A stretch of DNA of 64,000 nucleotides from Lachnospiraceae bacterium (lineage in GTDB: Bacteria > Bacillota_I > Bacilli_A > RFN20 > CAG-826): contig CAVKAR010000001.1 in assembly GCA_963654425.1 (NCBI GenBank), positions 64,888 through 128,887 on the forward strand, read 5' to 3'. This document shows positions 1-9,491 of this stretch, one piece after another. Under the pieces are notes generated by a model. That model had not been told where the DNA came from, ran no database searches, and was given only the letters and a program-made list of their open reading frames with translations. The position numbers were made by a program, and so were the translations under genes. Every line of letters begins with the position of its first letter. Position 1 is the stretch's first letter.

Positions 1-714
1 ACGGAGAGCTACGAGAAGCATCTTCATTATTTTTATGAAATAGTCTTTTTCATCCGCGGGAAGGTCAATTATCACGTGGAGGGGGAATCCAAGCATCTCA
101 ATAATGGGGACCTCGTTTTCATAAACGCGGCAAGGAACCATTTCGCTGAAGTCAATTCCGAAGAATGCTACGAGAGGTATGTCCTTAAATTCGATGATTC
201 CTCCCTTCCTCCTTCCCTCCGCCTTCGCTTAAAGAACATTCGCGTCTTTCATACTGCTTCCCCATCCATCGTCTCCCTCATTTCGAATCTGGACGAGTAC
301 ATAAATTCGTATTCGGAAGAAGAGGTGGAGATTTTGTTTCGAAGCGAAATCCAAAAACTTCTCGTTTTCCTTTTGAACGACAAAGAGGAGATAAGCGGGG
401 AATATGACGAGAACATCGCCAAAATCGTGGAATGGATCGATGAGCACATCGAGGAGCCGATCAACTTAGAGAGGATCGCCTCAACCTTTCACTATTCCTC
501 ATCCCAAATATGCAATGCCTTCAAGCACAACATGAAGATGTCGATCATGAAAATGATCAAGACAAAGAAACTCATCGCCGCGAGAAAAGCGATTGAGGAA
601 GGAGAAAAAAAGAACGAGGTCGCTCTTCGCTACTCGTTCGAGAATTATTCGACCTTTTACCGCCTTTACGTCAAAACGTTCGGCGAATCGCCTAGCGGGG
701 TCAAGAAGAACTAA
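1..714 (+). CDS. AraC/XylS-family transcriptional regulator (5'-truncated by window edge)
   Basis: Frame 1 is open from nt 1, with no stop before the listed GTG at 76. The N-terminal part is cupin-like (NNGDLVFINAARNHF). The C-terminus is an AraC-type HTH (YSSSQICNAFKHNMKMSIMKMIKTKKLIAARKAI...FENYSTFYRLYVKTFGESP). It lies next to the hexuronate genes. Confidence 0.85.
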   Translation, partial: TESYEKHLHYFYEIVFFIRGKVNYHVEGESKHLNNGDLVFINAARNHFAEVNSEECYERYVLKFDDSSLPPSLRLRLKNIRVFHTASPSIVSLISNLDEYINSYSEEEVEILFRSEIQKLLVFLLNDKEEISGEYDENIAKIVEWIDEHIEEPINLERIASTFHYSSSQICNAFKHNMKMSIMKMIKTKKLIAARKAIEEGEKKNEVALRYSFENYSTFYRLYVKTFGESPSGVKKN

Positions 715-1733
715 CGCTGCACCCTTCCTGAGCCGTCTCCGTTCATGAGCGTCTCGACTTCCTTGACGCTCACGTGGTTGAAATCGCCGGGAATCGTATG
801 CTTCAAAGCACTGGCAGCCACCGCGAATTCGATGGCTTTTTGTTTATCTTCATACGTCAATAAGCCGTGGATGATGCCAGCGGCGAAAGAATCGCCTGCC
901 CCGACCCTATCAACGATATGGATCTGATATTTCTTCGATAAGCGTAAGTCTTTGCCATCGTATAGGAGCCCACTCCAGTTATTGTCGCTTGCGGACAACG
1001 ATTCCCGTAGCGATGTAGCAATGTATTTGAAGTGGAACTTATCCATCATCTGCTTGAAGATGTCTTCATAGGAAGCAATCGACAAGACGCCTTTTTCGAT
1101 ATTTGTATTTGCGGCTTTGAACCCGAGGCATTTTTCAGCGTCCTCTTCGTTCCCGATGCAGACATCGACGTATTGCATAAGGCCGCTCATCACTTCAATG
1201 GCTTTCTCGCTGCTCCAGAGCTTCTTGCGGAAATTGAGGTCGCAAGAAATGGTGCAGCCATGCTTTTTCGCGGCAATGCAGGCTAGCTCCAGCAAATGGG
1301 CTACACTGTCATTCAAAGCCGGGGTAATGCCCGTGAAATGGAACCAATCGGCGTCTTTGAAAATGGCGTCGAAATCAAAGTCGGATTCATTAGCCTCATA
1401 AAGTGAAGAGTATTTGCGGTCGTAAATGACATTAGATGCTCTCATCGAAGCGCCCGTCTCCAGATAATAGATGCCAAGCCTTTCCCCGCCTCTAGCAATA
1501 AAGGAGGTATCGACCCCGTATTTGCGGAGCGAATTCAAAGCCGCATCCCCCAGTGGGTTATCCGGGAGTTTGCTGATGAAGATGACGTTATGGGAGTAAT
1601 TGGCAAGGCTTACGGCCACATTTGCTTCCCCACCTCCATAATGCACGTTAAAGCTTTGGGATTGGATGATGCGGGAATATAAGGGCGAAGATAAGCGGAG
1701 CATGATCTCGCCGAAGGTCACGATTTTAGCCAT
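711..1733 (-). CDS. kdgK: 2-dehydro-3-deoxygluconokinase (PfkB family)
   Basis: The N-terminus MAKIVTFGEIMLRLSSP and the C-terminal DRVGAGDSFAAG motif are typical of KdgK. The ATG at 1733-1731 overlaps the eda stop (TAATG). The 13 residues upstream in the ORF track are probably not translated. Confidence 0.88.
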   Translation of the reverse strand: MAKIVTFGEIMLRLSSPLYSRIIQSQSFNVHYGGGEANVAVSLANYSHNVIFISKLPDNPLGDAALNSLRKYGVDTSFIARGGERLGIYYLETGASMRASNVIYDRKYSSLYEANESDFDFDAIFKDADWFHFTGITPALNDSVAHLLELACIAAKKHGCTISCDLNFRKKLWSSEKAIEVMSGLMQYVDVCIGNEEDAEKCLGFKAANTNIEKGVLSIASYEDIFKQMMDKFHFKYIATSLRESLSASDNNWSGLLYDGKDLRLSKKYQIHIVDRVGAGDSFAAGIIHGLLTYEDKQKAIEFAVAASALKHTIPGDFNHVSVKEVETLMNGDGSGRVQR

Positions 1734-2350
1734 TATCTGTTCTCCTTTATGATTTGCAGGGCTTTTTTGCAACTGGTTACAACTTCTTCATGGCTCCCTT
1801 TGCTCAAGAAGCTGCCGCCGATGGCGAATATCTTTTTGTTTTTGGCGAATTCCTCGAGATTATCGAGGTTCACTCCGCCCGTCGGCATGAAAGAAACGGA
1901 GGGGAAGACGGAAGAGAGGGCCCTTATGGCTTTTAATCCGCCATATACGTCAGCTGGGAAAAATTTGAGTTCGCTATAGCCAAGGGCGATGGCCTTCATT
2001 ATCTCGGTGGGTGTAATGACGCCAGGGACGTAGGGAATATCATTATCTTTGCAAATACTGGCTACTTCTTCGCTTAAGCCGGGCGAAACGATGAATTCGG
2101 CGCCAGAGGCGATGGCCTCTTTTGCCTGTTCTCCATTGACGATGGTTCCTGCCCCCATGAGAAAAGAGGGGAATTCCTTTTTGAAGATGGCGATGGCCTC
2201 TTTCGCTAGAGCGGTTCTGAAAGTGATTTCAGCTACGGTGACTCCGCCTTCTTCCAAGGCGCGCAGCAAGTTTCTGGTTTCCTCGATTTCGTTCACGACG
2301 ATCACGGGGACGAGCCCTATTTCTTTGATTTTATCGATTGCCTTATTCAT
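1733..2350 (-). CDS. eda: 2-dehydro-3-deoxyphosphogluconate (KDPG/KHG) aldolase
   Basis: 205 aa with the motifs LVPVIVV, EITFRT, GAGTIVN, KFFPA and FMPTGGV, all typical of Eda. It is translationally coupled to kdgK. Confidence 0.88.
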   Translation of the reverse strand: MNKAIDKIKEIGLVPVIVVNEIEETRNLLRALEEGGVTVAEITFRTALAKEAIAIFKKEFPSFLMGAGTIVNGEQAKEAIASGAEFIVSPGLSEEVASICKDNDIPYVPGVITPTEIMKAIALGYSELKFFPADVYGGLKAIRALSSVFPSVSFMPTGGVNLDNLEEFAKNKKIFAIGGSFLSKGSHEEVVTSCKKALQIIKENR

Positions 2351-2362
2351 CTTTGTCTCTCC

Positions 2363-3769
2363 TTATCTCTCAAAATAGGCGTTTGCATTGTTGAAGGAGA
2401 TGTCTTCAACGATTTTCCCAAGCGCCCTCTCTTCCCATGGGATCCTTCCTTTTTCTACGAGTTCTCCCAAATATGAGCACAGCACGCGCCTAAAGTATTC
2501 ATGGCGCGCGAAGCTCAAGAAGCTCCTTGAATCGGTGACCATGCCGATGAAGGATGAAAGCAAGCCGACATTAGAGATTGTATCAAGCTGGCGTTTCATG
2601 CCGGAAGCGTTATCGAAGAACCACCAGGCTGGACCTAGCTGCATTTTGCCGAAGATCCCTTTTTCCTGGAAGCAGTAGCCTAAGGCCGTTAGAGGCATCC
2701 AATCATTCGCGTCGAGCGAATAAAGGATGGTTTTTGGCAAGGCGTTATCTTTATCGAGAAGCGAGAGCATCTTGCTTAAATGCGGGATGAAGTCTCCGCC
2801 GTTTATCGCATCAAAGCCGGTATCTGGGCCTAAAGCGATAAACATCCTTTCCGAATTGTTCCTTGATGCTTTTAAGTGAAGCTGCATCGTTATGCCGTTT
2901 TCTCTATATAGGCGAGCCAAATCGACGATGAGATTGCTCTTCCATAAGTTGAATTCGCTTCGGCTTATCTCTTTGCCCGATATGGCCTTAACGAATATTT
3001 CGTTTTTCTCTTTTTGCCCTAGTGGCGTGAATTCGAGCGTCTCGATGGAGTGATCGCTTATGAAGCATCCGCATTCCTTGAAAAAGAGGAGCCGCTTCTT
3101 GCAGGCTTCAAGCAAAGAGGCGTAAGAAGAGATGTTGATGCTTGCCATATCGCCAAGCGAGACGATGTAATCGTGATAAGAAGCGGAAGAGGATATATTG
3201 GTGATTTTATCGGGCCGGAAGGTCGGAACGATGAGGATATCGTTGTTTTGCTCCTCTTTCAAAGCGCGATGCCACTCAAGAGTCTCTACGGGATCATTTG
3301 TGGTGGCCATAGCCTTCACGTTCGATTTCCTTAAAAGCGAGCGGACGCTCAATGAAGGAAGCTTGGCGTTCAATAAGTCGTATAGCTCTTCGTCAGAGTG
3401 AGCAAGTGGATCATCTAAGCCGAAGTAGCGCTTGAGCTCTAAAAGGGACCACTCATAAAGCGGATTGCCGATGGACGCCCTAAGGGTTTTCATCCACATG
3501 AGGAATTTGACCTTTGGCGATGCTTTTCCCGTTATGTAGAACTCGTCTATTCCGTATGCGCGCATGAGCCTCCATTTGTAGTGATCGCCGCGCCCGTTTT
3601 CGTCAATGAGCCAAAAAGAGGTTATCGAATCAAAGCTCTTATCTTCGCAAATCTCCTTGGCGTCAAGATGGTTATGGAAATCGAAAATAGGCATCTTTTC
3701 GGCGTGATCGTGATAAAGGGCTCTTGCCCATTCGTTTTGGAGCAAGAAGTCTTCATCCATGTATTTCAT
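2363..3769 (-). CDS. uxaC: glucuronate (uronate) isomerase
   Basis: 468 aa. The N-terminus FLLQNEWARALYHDHAEKMPIFDFHNHL and the C-terminal MVTDSRSFLSFARHEYFRRVLC are hallmark UxaC segments. Confidence 0.92.
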   Translation of the reverse strand: MKYMDEDFLLQNEWARALYHDHAEKMPIFDFHNHLDAKEICEDKSFDSITSFWLIDENGRGDHYKWRLMRAYGIDEFYITGKASPKVKFLMWMKTLRASIGNPLYEWSLLELKRYFGLDDPLAHSDEELYDLLNAKLPSLSVRSLLRKSNVKAMATTNDPVETLEWHRALKEEQNNDILIVPTFRPDKITNISSSASYHDYIVSLGDMASINISSYASLLEACKKRLLFFKECGCFISDHSIETLEFTPLGQKEKNEIFVKAISGKEISRSEFNLWKSNLIVDLARLYRENGITMQLHLKASRNNSERMFIALGPDTGFDAINGGDFIPHLSKMLSLLDKDNALPKTILYSLDANDWMPLTALGYCFQEKGIFGKMQLGPAWWFFDNASGMKRQLDTISNVGLLSSFIGMVTDSRSFLSFARHEYFRRVLCSYLGELVEKGRIPWEERALGKIVEDISFNNANAYFER

Positions 3770-3964
3770 GAGGCGTCCTCCTGTTTGAATTAGAGTTTAG
3801 GTAACTAATTCCTATAGAACAATTGCCATTCTTTCTAACAAACATTGCAAAAATTTTATTTTTATCCACTATAGATTATAAAAAATGCAATATTCATCCA
3901 TAAATTTTGCAATTCTTTTCAAAGGCCTTTTTCGTTATATTTGGATAAGGACGAGGCAAGAAAA

Positions 3965-5011
3965 ATGAAACTCTCTTTTAGATGGTATGGGCTTGATGAT
4001 GTCATCACGCTCGACAAAATAAGCCAAATACCGAATATGCATTCCATTGTTACAGCCCCATACGACGTTAAGCCGGGAGAGGTCTGGAAGCTGGATTCGC
4101 TCCTTAAGCTCAAAGAAGAGGCAAATGCAAGCGGTTTAGCGATGGAAGTCATCGAATCGATACCGGTGGTGGAACAAATCAAATACGGTGACAAAGACCG
4201 CGATAAATATATCGATAATTACGCCGAGAACATCCGCTTATGCGCGAAAGTCGGCGTCAAGGTCATCTGCTACAACTTCATGCCGGTCTTCGATTGGCTC
4301 AGGACGAATATGCACCACCTCAATGAAGATGGCAGCAATTCGCTCGCCTATTCTTACGACGATTTCAAAAAAGTCGATCCGAATCGGCTTCATCTTCCAG
4401 GATGGGATGAATCGTATTCCGAGGAGGAACTGCAGGGTTTATTGTCGATTTATCGAAACATAAGCCATGAGCAGCTATTCGATAACCTCGTTTACTTTTT
4501 GAAAAAAATAATCCCGGTTTGCGAAGAAAATGAGATAAGCATGGCCATCCATCCTGATGATCCGCCATGGGACGTCTTCTCTCTTCCTAGGATCGTCTCG
4601 AATGAAAAGGACATCGATAAGCTCTTAGAGGCAGTTCCTTCCATCCGCAATGGCTTAACCTTCTGCACCGGCTCTTTGGGGGCTTCAAAAGAGAACGATT
4701 TGGTCAAAATGGCCGAGAAATACGCCAAAGCCGGAAAAATCCATTTCGTGCATCTACGGAATATCCGCTACACCGATAAGCATGGCTCATTCATCGAAAG
4801 CGGCCATTATAGCAGAGCGGGGAGCCTCGATATGGCTTCCATCGTGAAGGCGCTTGTCGATAATGGCTTCGATGAGTATGTGCGCCCAGATCACGGCCGC
4901 AACATCTGGGGGGAAGAGGGCAAACCGGGATACGGCTTATTCGATAGAGCGCTCGGCGCAACATACATAAACGGCCTCTTCGAAATGGCCGAAAAAGACA
5001 AAAGGAGATAA
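3965..5011 (+). CDS. uxuA: mannonate dehydratase
   Basis: MKLSFRWYG is the canonical UxuA N-terminus. The ATG at 3965 lies 8 nt after the SD-like GAGG (3953-3956). The TTG at 3941 given in the ORF track is less likely. Confidence 0.9.
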   Translation: MKLSFRWYGLDDVITLDKISQIPNMHSIVTAPYDVKPGEVWKLDSLLKLKEEANASGLAMEVIESIPVVEQIKYGDKDRDKYIDNYAENIRLCAKVGVKVICYNFMPVFDWLRTNMHHLNEDGSNSLAYSYDDFKKVDPNRLHLPGWDESYSEEELQGLLSIYRNISHEQLFDNLVYFLKKIIPVCEENEISMAIHPDDPPWDVFSLPRIVSNEKDIDKLLEAVPSIRNGLTFCTGSLGASKENDLVKMAEKYAKAGKIHFVHLRNIRYTDKHGSFIESGHYSRAGSLDMASIVKALVDNGFDEYVRPDHGRNIWGEEGKPGYGLFDRALGATYINGLFEMAEKDKRR

Positions 5012-5014
5012 AAA

Positions 5015-5857
5015 ATGAAATTGCCATCGATCACGAATTTTGAAGGAAAGGTAGTCGCAATAACGGGAGCAGCCGGTGTCATTTGCTCCGCTTTAGCGGA
5101 AGCTTTTGCCTCCGCCAAAGCAAAAGTCGCCATTCTCGATCTTAATCTAGAGAAAGCCGAGGAAGTGGCGGATAAAATCAGAAAAGAAGGTGGGGAAGCG
5201 ACTGCTTTTTCCGTCAATTGCCTTAAGAAAGAGGACATCGTCGCTTGCCATAAAGCCGTCAATGAGAAATACGGCAAAATCGACATCCTCGTCAATGGCG
5301 CGGGCGGCAATAATCCAAAAGCCAGCACCGACGACGAGTTCTTCACCGAGAGCAAGGAGGGTTTGAAAACGTTCTTCGACCTCGATCCTTCTGGCATCGA
5401 ATTCGTTTTCAATCTGAATTTCCTTGCGACTCTTCTCGTCACGCAGGAATTCGCCAAGGACATGATTGGTAGAGAAGGCTGCTCTATCCTCAATATCTCG
5501 AGCATGAACGCTTTTACCCCTTTAACGAAAATACCGGCTTATTCTGGCGCGAAGGCGAGCGTCTCCAATTTCACCAAATGGCTCGCGGTTTATTTTTCGA
5601 AAGTGGGAATCAGAGTCAATGCCATCGCTCCAGGCTTTTTCAGCACTACCCAGAATAAGACATTGCTCTGGAATGCGGACGGGACTCCGACCGCAAGAAG
5701 CCACAAAATCATCACCAATACCCCGATGGGACGCTTTGGCGAAGTCGATGAGCTCATCGGAGCCACGCTTTTCCTCTCTAGCGATGAGGCAGCTTCTTTC
5801 ATAAGCGGAGTTGTATTGCCGATTGATGGCGGCTTCTCCTCCTATTCCGGTGTTTGA
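5015..5857 (+). CDS. uxuB: SDR-family oxidoreductase, probable D-mannonate oxidoreductase (YjmF/UxuB type)
   Basis: Rossmann motif ITGAAGVICSAL, plus NGAGGN and the catalytic YSGAKAS (YxxxK). It follows uxuA by 3 nt, as in Bacillus-type hexuronate operons. Confidence 0.75.
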   Translation: MKLPSITNFEGKVVAITGAAGVICSALAEAFASAKAKVAILDLNLEKAEEVADKIRKEGGEATAFSVNCLKKEDIVACHKAVNEKYGKIDILVNGAGGNNPKASTDDEFFTESKEGLKTFFDLDPSGIEFVFNLNFLATLLVTQEFAKDMIGREGCSILNISSMNAFTPLTKIPAYSGAKASVSNFTKWLAVYFSKVGIRVNAIAPGFFSTTQNKTLLWNADGTPTARSHKIITNTPMGRFGEVDELIGATLFLSSDEAASFISGVVLPIDGGFSSYSGV

Positions 5858-5881
5858 TTCAATAGCGATCGCAAAGAAGCG

Positions 5882-5916
5882 CGAGGCCCCCAAAGTAGGC
5901 CTCGTTTTTCGTTTTT
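5882..5916 (+). terminator. Rho-independent terminator after uxuB
   Basis: Stem CGAGGCC (5882-5888) pairs with GGCCTCG (5898-5904). The loop is 9 nt and is followed by TTTTTCGTTTTT. Confidence 0.75.
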
Positions 5917-5923
5917 GACCAGA

Positions 5924-5953
5924 GGAGTGAAAAGGAGTGAAAAGGAGTGAAAT
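5924..5953. repeat. 3 tandem copies of the 10-bp unit GGAGTGAAAA (last copy GGAGTGAAAT)
   Basis: Read directly: GGAGTGAAAA GGAGTGAAAA GGAGTGAAAT at 5924-5933, 5934-5943 and 5944-5953. Each unit contains an SD-like GGAG and a GTG. Confidence 0.95.
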
Positions 5954-7347
5954 TTGTGGCGCAATCTTTGCGAGAACAAAAGATTCAAACGATGGATTCG
6001 ATCATGAAATTCACTGAAAGCGAAGAATTGGAACTGAAAGAATCGACCGGTTCTCTTCATCAAGCGGTTGAAAGCATCGCCACGATATTGAATAAACACG
6101 ACAAAGGAGTTTTGCTCTTTGGCGTCAAAGACGATGGCTCAATCAATGGACAGCAAGTCAGCGATTCAACAATTCGCACTATTTCTGAATCGATTATTAG
6201 GGATATCGAACCGAGAATCACTACCGCCATTGAGACAATTGATATCGAAGGGAAAAAGATTGTGAAAGTCTCTTTTTCCGGGAAAGAAAAGCCATACAGC
6301 GCTTTCGGCAGGTTTTTAATCAGGGTCGGAACAGAAAACCGGAGAATGAGCAGGCAGGAACTTCTTCGCCTTGCTAAAAGCGAGGATTATTCTTCTAGAT
6401 GGGAAGATGGATATACTGGCTGTTCGCTTGACGATCTCGACGATGATGCGATGCATAAGTATTACGAAGAAGCCACATCGAGTGACCGACTCGAAATGAA
6501 GGAATATGACCCACATCTTCTTCTCAGCGTCTTAGGGATGGAAAGAAATGGCGAAATAAATAATGCCGGGATCGCTATGTTTGGCAAAAATTCGTCTATT
6601 GAGGTGAAGTGCGCTTGCTACGCAACGGATGAAAAATTGACGTTCACCGACTTGAACCTTCAAAAAGGGAACATATATAACCTTGTTCGCTTTTCATTGA
6701 CTTATGTCCTCAATCACATTGATCGGAAAATAAGCTTTAACCCAAAAAGAACGGAAACGCCGGAGATTCCGTCTCGTGCGATTTTCGAAATAATCGTCAA
6801 TGCTTTCGCACACGCCGATTATGAAGGCCATCCTCAAATCGATATTGATATTCATCCAGGCAAAATAGCGATATCGAACCCTGGCTCGTTCCCCGAATGG
6901 TTAAGCCCCGACGATTTTATCGGGAGGAACATAACCTCCCTTAAACGCAATCCGCTCATCTTGAGTGCGTTGCATCGATGCAAGAACGCCGAGAAATCAG
7001 GAACAGGGTTTAGGAGAGTAGATGAACTGTGCAAAGAAAATGGAGTGGAGTGGTCCTCGGAAAAAACGCCTTTTGGTTTTTCCTTTTTGTTTTATCGAAA
7101 TAGAGGCGTAGAAAAGCATCAGCTTAATACCGCCATCCAATCGCTCACGCCATCAGAAAAAGAAGTGTATTCATTAATAGAAAGCAATCCGAAAATAACT
7201 AGAGTCGAAATTGCTGCTGCTATCAGAAAAACGCCAAGAACAGTTCAAAACATAACTAATTCCTTAAAGCGAAAAGGGTATCTAATCAGAATCGGGAACA
7301 ATCAGTTTGGATATTGGGAACTTGTTTTCAAAAAGGCTAACCGCTAA
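5947..7347 (+). CDS. COG2865-type protein: AlbA_2/Schlafen-like N-domain + HATPase_c_4-like domain + C-terminal winged-helix HTH
   Basis: MKFTESEELELKESTGSLHQAVESIATILNKHDKGVLLFGVKDDG is AlbA_2-like. IVNAFAHADYEGHPQIDIDIHPGKIAISNPG is HATPase_c_4-like. The C-terminal wHTH reads RTVQNITNSLKRKGYLIRIGNNQFGYWE. The start is ambiguous: GTG 5947 (SD 5934-5937), ATG 5992 or ATG 6004. Family members usually start right before the E-x-L-E-x-K motif, which would favour 6004. Confidence 0.8.
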   Translation: MKFVAQSLREQKIQTMDSIMKFTESEELELKESTGSLHQAVESIATILNKHDKGVLLFGVKDDGSINGQQVSDSTIRTISESIIRDIEPRITTAIETIDIEGKKIVKVSFSGKEKPYSAFGRFLIRVGTENRRMSRQELLRLAKSEDYSSRWEDGYTGCSLDDLDDDAMHKYYEEATSSDRLEMKEYDPHLLLSVLGMERNGEINNAGIAMFGKNSSIEVKCACYATDEKLTFTDLNLQKGNIYNLVRFSLTYVLNHIDRKISFNPKRTETPEIPSRAIFEIIVNAFAHADYEGHPQIDIDIHPGKIAISNPGSFPEWLSPDDFIGRNITSLKRNPLILSALHRCKNAEKSGTGFRRVDELCKENGVEWSSEKTPFGFSFLFYRNRGVEKHQLNTAIQSLTPSEKEVYSLIESNPKITRVEIAAAIRKTPRTVQNITNSLKRKGYLIRIGNNQFGYWELVFKKANR

Positions 7348-7655
7348 TTGATATAAAAATAGCAGCGGTTCTCGCGCTATTTTTCCGAAATCCCGCCTGA
7401 TGGCTCAAATAGTCGCCAAATCAAGGGAATTGCATAGGGGAAGCCATTGAGGCTTACTTGGTTAACCAACCCGCTCAATAACATAGGTGACCTCTCGGAC
7501 GGCAGGACGGCGCAGAGATATATATGCCATGGTCGAAATCGTTGCCCAGGGCATGCCTTCGCCAAAAGCGAGATAGACAAGGGCCTCTTTGAAAAATAAC
7601 CTCATCATAATAGGCTGCGATAGACGACGTTTCTTATCGCTATAGAAAAGCACCG

Positions 7656-8528
7656 TCAATTCCCTTTTAAATCATCTAACGACGAGAAAAACAATTCTTT
7701 CTTCCACAAATCTAAGCCAGTTTTATCATCGATGAAATTAGAGACATCTTCCTTCGCCGATTCATAGTCAACGGTTTCGAACCTTTTCCTAAGCATGTCT
7801 TTTACTATCTTCGCCGTAAGCTTCTCGCTTTGCGGAATGGCGCCGGTGTTTTTCAATTTGCCCTCAAGGTATTCAAGATTGAAGCGCGATCCTTTTCCGA
7901 TGTAAAAAAGGTAATCGTAGTAGTCTCTCCCCTTTACGTGATTTCGGTAATTCCTGCAAATAATCGCATGTATTTTCCCAGCAAACAACGTCGGTTCATC
8001 GAATACCTTTATTTCATATGGAGCCGGCAGAAATCTGAATTTCGTTTCTATCGTGCCGCCTTTTGGGTTGTCGGTATCGACTTCGAATTTGATTCTCATT
8101 TTCTGATTCGAGACGAATTTTCTCGCGTCTTCGCTCTTTGGGAAAAACGACATCATCAAAGACAATGTATCGCCTTTAAGGAAGGCGCTTTGAACATCGG
8201 AATCTGAATGCTTGGTCTTTTCCTCAATGCGGATTTCTATCCCATAGGAATCGAATTCCTTTCTCAACGCGGGGAAATATTCGCTCAGTTCGAAATCCCT
8301 ATCTTTTTCAATTAACGCGAAATCAAGATCCTCGCTGAAACGATTCAGTCCGTAGAATATCCTTAGGCAAGTCCCGCCATAGAAGGCCGCCTTTTCGAAG
8401 AAACCGCCACGCGAAAGCCCCGCCAAAGCTATTTCCTGGATTATCTCTTTCGCAGCGTTTTCCCTTTCTTTATTGTTCCTGGGGGCATATTTCTCAAGCA
8501 TTGTTTCGATGACGCTATTCATTTTCAT
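7656..8528 (-). CDS. abiEii: AbiEii/AbiGii-family nucleotidyltransferase toxin (type IV TA / abortive infection)
   Basis: 290 aa with a pol-beta-type NTase motif (FYGGTCLRIFYGLNRFSEDLDFAL). It overlaps the upstream antitoxin gene by 14 nt. Confidence 0.85.
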   Translation of the reverse strand: MKMNSVIETMLEKYAPRNNKERENAAKEIIQEIALAGLSRGGFFEKAAFYGGTCLRIFYGLNRFSEDLDFALIEKDRDFELSEYFPALRKEFDSYGIEIRIEEKTKHSDSDVQSAFLKGDTLSLMMSFFPKSEDARKFVSNQKMRIKFEVDTDNPKGGTIETKFRFLPAPYEIKVFDEPTLFAGKIHAIICRNYRNHVKGRDYYDYLFYIGKGSRFNLEYLEGKLKNTGAIPQSEKLTAKIVKDMLRKRFETVDYESAKEDVSNFIDDKTGLDLWKKELFFSSLDDLKGN

Positions 8529-9108
8529 ACTCCTTTTCGATGAGCCTTATCAATAGTTTCAAATTCGTTCTGCGATATAAACCGGCAAGCCTTTTCATTA
8601 GCTTAAAATCGCAAGTGGCGAATTCCTCCTCATAAACCCTCTTATCTTCGAACAAAAGCTCTTTGAGCTCTTTGACGTTTCTAACCACCCTCCATTTGCA
8701 TAATGAGTCGCAGATCGCTTTCTCTTTGGTGGCGATTTTCGCTATATATTCGCCTCTTTCAAGGTAGGTTAAGCCTTCAGGAAAAGCTTCATTTGGTATA
8801 TCCGCATATTCAAATCTGCCAAAACGATTTTCGAAAGTCTTGTTCTTTCTGTTGCCAAAACTAGCGGATGTAATGGAAACGACTTTCTCTGGAATGAGAC
8901 CGTAATGCGATAATGCCCAATCAAAGGTAAGATAGGAAGGAGATAGGATGGACGATGCCAATAGATACGGCTCTATATTCTTATCGGTCTCGTATATTCC
9001 TTTGGACAATCTGAAAATGATCCCTTTGTCCGCATCTCTTTTTATTTTGTCTAAAGGATTTGCATAATCATGGTATTTTTCTTTTAACATCGATGCAGTA
9101 ATTATCAT
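8515..9108 (-). CDS. abiEi: AbiEi-family antitoxin / transcriptional regulator
   Basis: MIITASMLKEKYHDYANPLDKIKRDADKGIIFRLSKGIYE is the typical AbiEi N-terminal wHTH. The ATG at 9108-9106 is preceded by AGAGGTG. The longer ORF-track start at 9171 lacks an SD. Confidence 0.82.
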   Translation of the reverse strand: MIITASMLKEKYHDYANPLDKIKRDADKGIIFRLSKGIYETDKNIEPYLLASSILSPSYLTFDWALSHYGLIPEKVVSITSASFGNRKNKTFENRFGRFEYADIPNEAFPEGLTYLERGEYIAKIATKEKAICDSLCKWRVVRNVKELKELLFEDKRVYEEEFATCDFKLMKRLAGLYRRTNLKLLIRLIEKEYENE

Positions 9109-9260
9109 ATTTGCACCTCTAAATACAATAATATTGGATTTGCTGGAGCAAAACAAATATTTAATCGACACTACTTTGCTGATAGGCCCTTTTTATTTGC
9201 TCACATTGCAAAAGACCCGCTTACTAATTATGTTTAAGTGGTTTCTGTAGCTAATTCCCA

Positions 9261-9355
9261 ATAAACGGATAAGGCACAGCCAACTTAACGACTAGCCTTT
9301 CTTTGTCTAGAGCCTCAATCACCTAATCCTCAAGAGAAGTGGCGATTCTACTGCT
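9261..9355. repeat. Copy A of a ~95-bp non-coding direct repeat
   Basis: Hand alignment to 9849-9945 gives about 80% identity (about 17 mismatches and one 2-nt indel). There are stop codons in all six frames. Confidence 0.85.
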
Positions 9356-9491
9356 ATTTCTTTTTTCTATTACGGGCCACATTCATTTGTGTCCTTACAA
9401 CGAAGTGTCCTGTTACATAGTATATTCCAATTATGTAACTAGTGTTCGCCTCCTTTTCTTTTGGTTGACCTAAGTAAAGAGGAGACGAACT

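Noticed and set aside
4891-5505. A 204-aa minus-strand ORF spanning the uxuA/uxuB junction.
   Set aside because: It is antisense to two well-supported, tightly linked genes and has no recognisable motifs.
5924-5953. I considered whether the tandem repeats here, and those at 40893-40942 and 42026-42129, could be a CRISPR array.
   Set aside because: There are only 2-3 copies. The units are 10 bp long or are separated by promoter sequence. There is no repeat-spacer periodicity of about 60-70 bp over several or more units, and no cas genes are present.
7377-7659. Two overlapping minus-strand ORFs (65 and 67 aa) fill the 308-bp gap between the COG2865 gene and abiEii. One contains ...GEGMPWATISTMAYISL..., which vaguely recalls the C-terminal LGH..ISTT..Y motif of tyrosine recombinases.
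   Set aside because: The resemblance is a few residues with wrong spacing relative to the R-H-R-Y box. There is no SD and the two frames overlap. It may be a decayed gene remnant, but I cannot support a call without a TBLASTN or HMM hit.
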